This document shows, piece by piece, positions 1-6,842 of a DNA stretch of 64,000 bases. How positions within the stretch are numbered: the stretch's first letter is position 1; the number at the start of each line of letters is the position of its first letter. The notes under the pieces were generated by a model, which was not told the DNA's origin, ran no database searches, and saw only the letters and a list, made by a program, of their open reading frames with translations. Location: positions 635 through 64,634 of the forward strand of contig JACPNO010000059.1 of the NCBI GenBank assembly GCA_016185465.1, written 5' to 3'. A program made the translations under genes and the position numbers. The DNA is from Candidatus Solibacter usitatus (GTDB lineage: Bacteria; Acidobacteriota; Terriglobia; Bryobacterales; Bryobacteraceae).

Positions 1-1226
1 ATGTCCACGCTCTCAACCGCGAGACTGGCGTCGATTACTTCCCAAACCCAGGTGAAGGAATTCGAAGAGGAAGTAGCCGTAAAGCTAAAACCTCCCACCG
101 GGTTGTATGGGCCGCCTTCGCTGGCAGTCCCTTGCAATTCCAAAAAGCCGCTGCCGGCCTGAAACGCATCGGCGGTGATGGTGACACCAGCCTGGATGTT
201 GGTGAAGGTCACCTTCAGGCGTGTGCCAAAGTCGGCCAATCCGGCTCCGCCAGGAGCGGCGCCCATCGAACCCGGAAATTGAGAATTGTAGAACCCAGTT
301 TCCGTGTTGAAGAACTGTCCTGGAGTGTTTTGGTCGACTACAACGGTTGCAGTGGCGTCCTCTGCGCTGTTGTCGCCGATCCCGCGAGTCTTAAATGAGG
401 TACCAAATCCCTCCGTAAAGGTTACTATACCCGCTTCCACGAAGCTGTCCGGATTGTCATCAGTGTTTACAGTCTGCGATGGGAAGCACTGCTGGTACGA
501 GAACCCTCCCGGTTGCGGCGAATTCGTGTAGCTGACCACCAATCCCTGCAGGATGATACCGATGGTCTGAATACCTTGCTGGTTGATCGGCAACGTCTGA
601 GACGGCGAAGCCGACGTAAGGGCGGTCAAATTCGTAACACCGGCTGCTCCGTGGAACGCCGAAGCGTTGACCCGAATATTGGTGATACGGATCACGCGCG
701 CCAGCGGATTGCCACTCGAGTCGAGCGCCGTCCCGGGAGGATCCACAGGCACCGCGGTAAAGAGCACCGAGTTCAGCGCTGCAGGTACACCCTGGAAAAC
801 GTTAAAGCGACCGGGGCCTTTGTAAGCGGCCTGCTGCGCGGCGTCGCCCGCACCTGTGCCAGTCAACTGGCAACCGATGGTGGGACTCTGGTCACAAAGA
901 AGCTGATCGGCCGGGTCCGGTTCGTCGATCATCAAGAGAGCTTCGTCGCCCGCACCGATAAGCCGGCTGGTGATTGCCAGCGGGCTGTTCATGAACACCT
1001 GGATATTGACCCGCGGAATCTGCTGGCCAATAATCGTGGGCTTTCCGCCAACGCAGTTGTAGACCAAATCGCCCGTCAATTCCGTGATACCTTCTGACCG
1101 TAGCTGCGGGATGACGGCGCCGCCGGCGATACATGATAAACCTGCCTGTGCATTTGCCGTTGATGCGGTCCCGATAATTATGGCCAACACGGCTAGCACA
1201 GGAATCCATCTGCGAAAATCTGCCAT
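1..1226 (-). CDS. secreted hypothetical protein; 3' end runs off the window, so it is absent from the ORF track
   Basis: My own reverse-complement translation from ATG 1226..1224, preceded by GGAGAAGGAA. It reads MADFRRWIPVLAVLAIIIGTASTANAQAGLSCIAGGAVIPQLRSEGITELTGDLVYNC..., with a signal peptide and AxA cleavage site. The frame stayed open as far as I translated. Plus-strand ORFs 132..398 and 513..1097 look like Arg/Gly-rich shadow ORFs. Confidence 0.55.
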   Translation of the reverse strand, partial: MADFRRWIPVLAVLAIIIGTASTANAQAGLSCIAGGAVIPQLRSEGITELTGDLVYNCVGGKPTIIGQQIPRVNIQVFMNSPLAITSRLIGAGDEALLMIDEPDPADQLLCDQSPTIGCQLTGTGAGDAAQQAAYKGPGRFNVFQGVPAALNSVLFTAVPVDPPGTALDSSGNPLARVIRITNIRVNASAFHGAAGVTNLTALTSASPSQTLPINQQGIQTIGIILQGLVVSYTNSPQPGGFSYQQCFPSQTVNTDDNPDSFVEAGIVTFTEGFGTSFKTRGIGDNSAEDATATVVVDQNTPGQFFNTETGFYNSQFPGSMGAAPGGAGLADFGTRLKVTFTNIQAGVTITADAFQAGSGFLELQGTASEGGPYNPVGGFSFTATSSSNSFTWVWEVIDASLAVESVD

Positions 1227-1692
1227 TTCCTTCTCCTTGTAAATTGCGTAATTGAATCGGTCGAAGTTCTCTTTGAACCTGAGCCTCAAGCTTCTCTCCA
1301 AAACCGCTTCACTTCCTTGGGAACTTCTCCGTGTCGGGCGGAGATCCTGAACTGCTACTGCCACCGGCCCTCAAGTGGGCCAGCAGGGCATTGCTTACCA
1401 AAAACCGCCTGCTTCGCACTTGCTCGGCTTTCTTCTGCCGATGCTTCTGTGCATGCAAAGCGTAAAGTGCAATGATTGCACTCGCCACGGGACGCGATCA
1501 AAGATTATTCATACCCCATCCCCCGACCCGTGTCAAGAGAAAATCCTTCATCTTCAATAGGAACCACTAACCGTGCCGTATTGCGCATTTAACCATGCCT
1601 GCGTGGCGCCCGTCAATAGCAGCACACTATTTTCCACAGATAATCTGGCTGAGAGACGGCCAAAATTGAGTGACCTTACCCAGCGATAACAC

Positions 1693-3777
1693 CTACTGTA
1701 TGACATCCGTCACCTGCGCCGAAGCTCCCACCGAGTTCGTCAAAACAACCCCAACCTCCTGCACGTCGCTTGCCGTTCCCTGAATGGTGAACGACTGAAC
1801 GTAAGTAAACAAGCTCCCGAAGGCGATCGAAGCCTCGTCGCCGTAGTACGGAGTGAACAGCGGAGTCGCCTGAATCGTGAGCGTGGTAGTGGTCAGATGC
1901 GAGCCCGCCGGCGCCGGAAAATTGAAGGTGGCTGTAGCCACTTCGCGCGTGTTGGAAAAGCCCGTGATCTCGACGCTGATCCCGGTGGATGTCCGGGTGG
2001 CTGTGACGCTGCGAATCACCGGCACGGCGGGCAGGATCTGAATGGTGCGCGCCGGCGCCGGTTGCGGCGTCAGATCCACGCCATCCACGAGGAATTGCAG
2101 AGTTAGTTTAATCGTGCCGGCCACCGTTCCGGTCTGAACCAAAACCGCCGAATCCGCGAAGACGGCGTCGCGCTCTCCGGCGGGAATGGTAAAGTCGACC
2201 GACCTGCCGCCGGTGGAAAATTGCACCGCGGGATCGTCGCCATTGGGAGGCCCCGGCGTGAATTCTAGGTTGATCTTGCCCGCGATTGGCAGCGGATATG
2301 GGTCCGCCAAATGCACCTGCACATCGTTCTGGTCCGCTGGGGGCAGCGTATCCGGAATGCCGGGAAGATCGGAAGCAGGAATCGGCGGCGCGCCGACTTT
2401 CAGTTGCAGCACCTTCGAGGAAGTGTCCTCGCGCGCGTCGCTCACCCGCACCGTGAAGGTCGATGTTCCCGTTGCCGTGGGTGTCCCGGAAATCTTGCCG
2501 CTGACCGGATCGAGCGTTAAGCCTGACGGTAATGAGCCCGCATCCACGCTCCATCCATACGGCGCGACGCCGCCGGAGGCGTTCAGCGTTTGCGAATACG
2601 GTACGCTCACAGTGCCATCCGGCAGCGCAGCCGTCACGATAACCGGTGGACCCGTGCCGATGGTAATGCGAAAGTCGCGGCTGGCGCTCAAGCTATAAGA
2701 TCCGGAGGGGTCGGAGGAGTCTGTCACCTGCAGCGTGAAGCCGAAAGCCCCTAGCTTCGTGGGCGTGCCGGCGATGGCGCCGGTGGGGTCGAGTGTGAGC
2801 CCGTCCGGCAGCACACCGGCCACCTTGGCCCACTGATAGGGGGGCTTGCCGCCCACTGCCACCAGGGCCTGCGAATAGGCTTGGCCGATGGTTCCGTCCG
2901 CCAGCGACTGGGTCAAAATGGACACACCGGTGGGTAAGATTGTCAGCGAATAGGTCCCCCCGCCGAGTATCCCGTAGGCGTCTCGAATGACCGCTGCGAG
3001 CCGGAAGGGTCCTTCGGTCGTGGGAGTGCCGCTCAGCGTGCCATCGGGCGAGAGCGAAAGCCCCGGCGGCGGTTTGGTGCCGCTGAGCGTGAACACAAAC
3101 GGACCCGTTCCCCCGGTTACCGGCAGCGCCTGCAGGTAGGATTGGCCAATAAATCCATTGGCCAATTGGCCGGTTCCCGAGGGTGGCGGATTCACTGTAA
3201 TCGTGAACTGCTTCGTATCCTGCTGTGGGATCGGGGCGGAACTGTCTTGAACATTCACACCGAAGGTGAATGTTCCGGTGGCAGTTGGGACGCCGGTGAT
3301 ATTCCCCAAGGAATCGACCGTCATTCCCGGCGGCAGCAGCACCGGCGCCAACCAGGTGTAAGGCGGCAAGCCGCGTACTGCCTGAAGCGCGAAGAAATAA
3401 GTGCCGCCCACCGTCACCGGCGGCAGCGTCGTGGCGCTGGCAATGGCCAGCGGCTGCTCGATCGTTATGGCGTACGGCTTGGTGGCGACGATGAAAGTGG
3501 ACGAATCCTGCGCGCTTACCGTGAAAGTAAATGTGCCCAGTGCGGTCGGTGTGCCAGAGATATTGCCGCTGGCACTATCGATGGACAATCCGTTGGGAAG
3601 CGCGCCCTTCGCGATGGTCCAGTTGATGTGCGGCGTGGTCATCTGGAAGCCTGTCAAGTAGATGAAACCGATGGTGCCATTGGGCAGCGGGGACGGCGTG
3701 ATGAATTGCGCGCTGGCCGCAGCGCTGAGGACCAGGGACAACAGGATGAATCGGACCAGCGGTCGCGCCATTTTCAT
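1693..3777 (-). CDS. secreted surface protein with five He_PIG-type (putative Ig) repeats and a beta-rich C-terminal domain of about 230 aa
   Basis: ORF 1693..4107 trimmed to ATG 3777 (MKMARPLVRFILLSLVLSAAASAQ signal peptide). There are five repeats ending in motifs such as GNISGTPTALGTFTFTVSAQD, GNITGVPTATGTFTFGVNVQD and GKISGTPTATGTSTFTVRVSD. The first 110 codons of the ORF are read-through of the upstream gene. Confidence 0.8.
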   Translation of the reverse strand: MKMARPLVRFILLSLVLSAAASAQFITPSPLPNGTIGFIYLTGFQMTTPHINWTIAKGALPNGLSIDSASGNISGTPTALGTFTFTVSAQDSSTFIVATKPYAITIEQPLAIASATTLPPVTVGGTYFFALQAVRGLPPYTWLAPVLLPPGMTVDSLGNITGVPTATGTFTFGVNVQDSSAPIPQQDTKQFTITVNPPPSGTGQLANGFIGQSYLQALPVTGGTGPFVFTLSGTKPPPGLSLSPDGTLSGTPTTEGPFRLAAVIRDAYGILGGGTYSLTILPTGVSILTQSLADGTIGQAYSQALVAVGGKPPYQWAKVAGVLPDGLTLDPTGAIAGTPTKLGAFGFTLQVTDSSDPSGSYSLSASRDFRITIGTGPPVIVTAALPDGTVSVPYSQTLNASGGVAPYGWSVDAGSLPSGLTLDPVSGKISGTPTATGTSTFTVRVSDAREDTSSKVLQLKVGAPPIPASDLPGIPDTLPPADQNDVQVHLADPYPLPIAGKINLEFTPGPPNGDDPAVQFSTGGRSVDFTIPAGERDAVFADSAVLVQTGTVAGTIKLTLQFLVDGVDLTPQPAPARTIQILPAVPVIRSVTATRTSTGISVEITGFSNTREVATATFNFPAPAGSHLTTTTLTIQATPLFTPYYGDEASIAFGSLFTYVQSFTIQGTASDVQEVGVVLTNSVGASAQVTDVIQ

Positions 3778-4717
3778 TGCTGGACACTCCTGCCGCTGGA
3801 TGGCGGCGGAACGAACAGCACCCGCGCCGCGTGTGTGGGTGATGCATCCAACAGCCAGAGCGGCCGCTCGGACACGGCGTTGAGGCGGAACAGCGATCCC
3901 TCCGCCAGCCGGTCGAGGCCGGTGAGCTGGCAGCGGCAGTGAATGGATTTTCGCGGCGCATTCCCGGCCAAATCCAACATCACCACCGCGCCGGTTTTCG
4001 CATTGGCGACGAACGCGGTGCGGCCGTCGCCGGATGCCGCGACCGCAACCGGTGAGGCAATCGCAGCAGATAAATTTCGTCCTTCGCGCCGTCGGCGATG
4101 AGCGCATCGTGCCCGGTGATAAATGCGAGCGACGCCACTTTGCCCAGCGCCGAGGTCACGGGGATTTCAGCGTTCTCAGTGGCCGCGATGACTAAATTCC
4201 CCGCCCCTGCCAGCACCACCGCGCCGTCATCGGCGACGGCGAGAGCGGTGGGCGCGGGAACACGCAATACGCTCATCTGCGCCGAAATGCGAGGCTGTTG
4301 CGGAAAGCCGTTCATCACCACGATGTGCCCGGCTCCGCGGCCGTTGTAATAGTAAAATGCGGCGGCGCTGCCGGTGGGGCTGATGACCATGCGGTCCGGC
4401 GCGCGGTTGGCATCCGGCAGCGGCTTCAAGAGAACATTGCTGTTTTGCCGCGGGCGAATCAGGTGCACGCGCGCGTCGTTTCCAGCCACTGCCAGCGCGT
4501 AGTCCTGAGTGGGGGAAACGACGGCGCGCTTGAGCCCGACGGCCAGGGGCAGCGGATCACCCATCGTCGAAGAGCCGGCGATGCCCACGATAGGGCGCAG
4601 CGCGCCGGCCGCCTCATCGAACACCCATCCCAGCCGCGGCCCTTGAATCGAGTGGGTTTGAGCCGCCGCAGTCCCTGCAGCGATCACTAGCCATAGCCAA
4701 AGCCTTCGCGCGGACAT
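3774..4717 (-). pseudogene. secreted beta-propeller-like (YVTN/lactonase-type repeat) protein with the frame broken by an apparent 1-nt indel near 4061-4070
   Basis: ORF 3980..4717 (signal peptide MSARRLWLWLVIAAGTAAAQ) becomes Arg/Pro junk after ...AKDEIYLL. The -1 frame continues as AAIASPVAVAASGDGRTAFVANAKTGAVVMLDLAGN...RVLFVPPPSSGRSVQQ* and includes ORF 3774..3986. Its TGA overlaps the downstream ATG as ATGA (3774-3777). Confidence 0.6.
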
Positions 4718-4735
4718 AAACAGGCTGGTCTCCTT

Positions 4736-5350
4736 TTAGTGAGGTGCGCCGACAGTGCCGGTGCCGGGTGTAATGGTCGTCGAAGGCGCCGGTGTCACGG
4801 CGGTTGGGCTATTGCCGCCGCGGGTTGCCGCAATGGCTCCGCCGGCCGCTCCCGCCGCTGCTATGCCCACCAGAATCGCAATCATTTTTCCGGACATTCC
4901 CGATGCGGCAGCGGCGCCGGCAGCAGCACCGGCCGCGGCAACGGTATTGGTCTGGGTGATATCGGTCGACGCCGTCTGCCCCTGATAGGAAGCATTCACG
5001 TGGATCTTCATCTCACCCGATGCTTTGTTGAGCTTGAGCCCGCGGGCTACCGCGCGCCCCTGGCTATCGGTGAGCACGGTCATGCTGCGGGATCCGTTGG
5101 CAAACACACCGCTCGCTCCGTTATTGGGCAGGCTAAACATGACGGCGGCTCCGGCAATTGGCCGGTGATTTTCGTCTTCTACCTGAACAATGGGCTCACG
5201 GGCGGTTCGTTGTTTGATGTTATTTATAGCCCCGTCGCCTTCGACAATCACGATGTTGAGCTTTGACGCAGCTGGCGCCTGGGCTGAAGAAGGAGGGATA
5301 ACTAATTGGAAAACAAGAAGATAAGACAAGCCGACAGACCACCACCGCAT
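4736..5350 (-). CDS. secreted/membrane-anchored protein with one Ig-like beta domain, an Ala/Gly-rich segment and a C-terminal hydrophobic anchor
   Basis: Signal peptide MRWWSVGLSYLLVFQLVIPPSSAQA, then a beta-rich core of about 100 aa and a GKMIAILVGIAAAGAAGGAIAA helix. It is the first gene of a same-strand trio, 18 nt upstream of 3774..4717. Confidence 0.65.
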   Translation of the reverse strand: MRWWSVGLSYLLVFQLVIPPSSAQAPAASKLNIVIVEGDGAINNIKQRTAREPIVQVEDENHRPIAGAAVMFSLPNNGASGVFANGSRSMTVLTDSQGRAVARGLKLNKASGEMKIHVNASYQGQTASTDITQTNTVAAAGAAAGAAAASGMSGKMIAILVGIAAAGAAGGAIAATRGGNSPTAVTPAPSTTITPGTGTVGAPH

Positions 5351-5476
5351 GCGTGCCTCCTGGCCTCACCCTGTCTCTGAACGGCTGATTTACCACCCAA
5401 CCATCAGTCTTGTTATGGTATTAGAAGAAAGAGTTGTGTGCAACTCTTTGCACATTTTGTACCGGGGGGATGCGCC

Positions 5477-5971
5477 ATGAGCCGAACGTGGATGTTTCTG
5501 GTGGCAGGTTGCGGGCTGCTGATCTCTACCGCACAGAGCCAAACGCCGAAACCGAAACTTACCGCGCGCGAATTGTTTTACGCGGCCGCTGACGCGCCTC
5601 CGCAGGCGACACCGGCCATCGTCAAATCCGAAGGCAAGTCGGCCAAGCCTGCCCCGGCTCCCAAGTCGCGTCGCAAGAGCCAGCCGCCTGTCAGCAACGG
5701 CGATGTTCCGGCGGCCGCGGCTCCCGACAGCACTCCGGTGGTCAATGCCAGCTACGCCTCGGCCAATGCGGGTCCGGCGCTCGGGTTGCGCTATTCCATT
5801 CTGAAGCGGCAGGCGGACGGACAGAATGCCGAACTGGACGCGGACTCGACCTTTCACGCCGGCGACCGCGCGGGGGGCCCCCAGCACTACGTGGAGATCC
5901 AGGCGTTCAGCGTGACCGGCCGCCCGCTCCTCCTCCAGCGGAACCAGGCGCACCGGCGGCGCCCGCCGTAA
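5477..5971 (+). CDS. secreted DUF4384-like protein, probably a truncated or degenerate paralog of 6180..6842
   Basis: ORF 5438..5971 trimmed to ATG 5477 (GGGGGGA 6 nt upstream; MSRTWMFLVAGCGLLISTAQSQ signal peptide). A Pro/Ala-rich linker is followed by LRYSILKRQADGQNAELDADSTFHAGDR..HYVEIQAFSVTGRPLLLQ, which resembles the first half of the neighbouring DUF4384 core. It ends in an Arg-rich tail. Confidence 0.5.
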   Translation: MSRTWMFLVAGCGLLISTAQSQTPKPKLTARELFYAAADAPPQATPAIVKSEGKSAKPAPAPKSRRKSQPPVSNGDVPAAAAPDSTPVVNASYASANAGPALGLRYSILKRQADGQNAELDADSTFHAGDRAGGPQHYVEIQAFSVTGRPLLLQRNQAHRRRPP

Positions 5972-5994
5972 ACAAGGAGCCCGCGCGCCTGCTG

Positions 5995-6183
5995 ATGGCG
6001 ACCGCCACGGTCAACGACGCCATGATCGGCAAGCTGCGCAGCTCCTACTCGCGCGACCTCATTATTGAGAAGATGAGCGACGAGCATCCCGGCGAAAAGA
6101 AGGAAAAAGCGGTTTATACCGTCAACCCGTCGTCCGCCTCCGATTCGCGAGTGGTGGCCGACGTAACCCTCAAACACCAGTGA
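5995..6183 (+). CDS. 62-aa ORF resembling the C-terminal module of the DUF4384 paralog; either a stand-alone small gene or the detached 3' part of 5477..5971
   Basis: MATATVNDAMIGKLRSSYSRDLIIEKMSDE...AVYTVNPSSASDSRVVADVTLKHQ parallels the C-terminus of 6180..6842 (RELLPEN...VIYEFHIAHK). AAGGAG lies 14 nt upstream. Its stop overlaps the next gene's GTG as GTGA (6180-6183). Confidence 0.4.
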   Translation: MATATVNDAMIGKLRSSYSRDLIIEKMSDEHPGEKKEKAVYTVNPSSASDSRVVADVTLKHQ

Positions 6184-6842
6184 CGCGCATCGCACTCATA
6201 TTGGCGCTGGTCGCGCCGTGGCTGAGCGCTCAGACCAGTCCGGGTCCGCAGCGCATGGAGATCGTGCTCGAGCGGCGCGACGGCAACGCCTGGCGCGCTG
6301 TCGATCCGGGCCTGGTGCTGGAGCAGAACGACCGCGTGCGCTTCCGCTTTCATGCCGATTTCAACGGGCATCTCTATGTGATGAATATGAGCACCTCCGG
6401 CACGTACTCGCTGCTATTTCCGCGCGAGGAAACCGGGCGTGACAATCAAATTCGCGCCGGCCGCGAGTATCTGGTGCCCGCGACGCAAGCCTGGTTTCGC
6501 ATCTCCGGTCCGGCGGGCCATGAAATTGTGTACTGGATGGTGACGCCGACCGAATTGCGCGAAACCATCGCGCCGCTGCCCCGCCCCAAGAAGCTGCCCG
6601 CCAGCATGACGCCCCGCTGCGACGATACGCTGATGCGCGCCCGCGGCGATTGCATTGATACCTCGGCCGGCCCGAAAGGCATCGTCAGCCGCGAATTGCT
6701 GCCGGAGAATCTGGCAAGCGTGGCTGGCCAGGCGGCCGCTGGCGAGCTGATGTTTATGCGCCAGCAAAATACCGCCGTGGTGGCGTCGCCGGCTCCGCTG
6801 AAAGGCCCCGTGATTTATGAATTCCATATCGCGCATAAGTAA
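6180..6842 (+). CDS. secreted DUF4384 domain protein
   Basis: GTG start and signal peptide MTRIALILALVAPWLSAQ. The DUF4384-like core reads NDRVRFRFHADFNGHLYVMNMSTSGTYSLLFP...IRAGREYLVP...FRISGPAGHEIVYWMVTP. Confidence 0.7.
   Translation: MTRIALILALVAPWLSAQTSPGPQRMEIVLERRDGNAWRAVDPGLVLEQNDRVRFRFHADFNGHLYVMNMSTSGTYSLLFPREETGRDNQIRAGREYLVPATQAWFRISGPAGHEIVYWMVTPTELRETIAPLPRPKKLPASMTPRCDDTLMRARGDCIDTSAGPKGIVSRELLPENLASVAGQAAAGELMFMRQQNTAVVASPAPLKGPVIYEFHIAHK

Noticed and set aside
4055-4075. Programmed -1 ribosomal frameshift in the propeller gene
   Set aside because: The AAATTTA string is not positioned as X_XXY_YYZ in the incoming frame, and I saw no obvious downstream stimulatory structure. 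A simple 1-nt indel explains it better.
3778-4107. 110-codon N-terminal extension of the He_PIG ORF
   Set aside because: It is Arg/Cys-rich nonsense that overlaps the out-of-frame 3' part of the upstream propeller gene. A clean signal peptide starts at ATG 3777.
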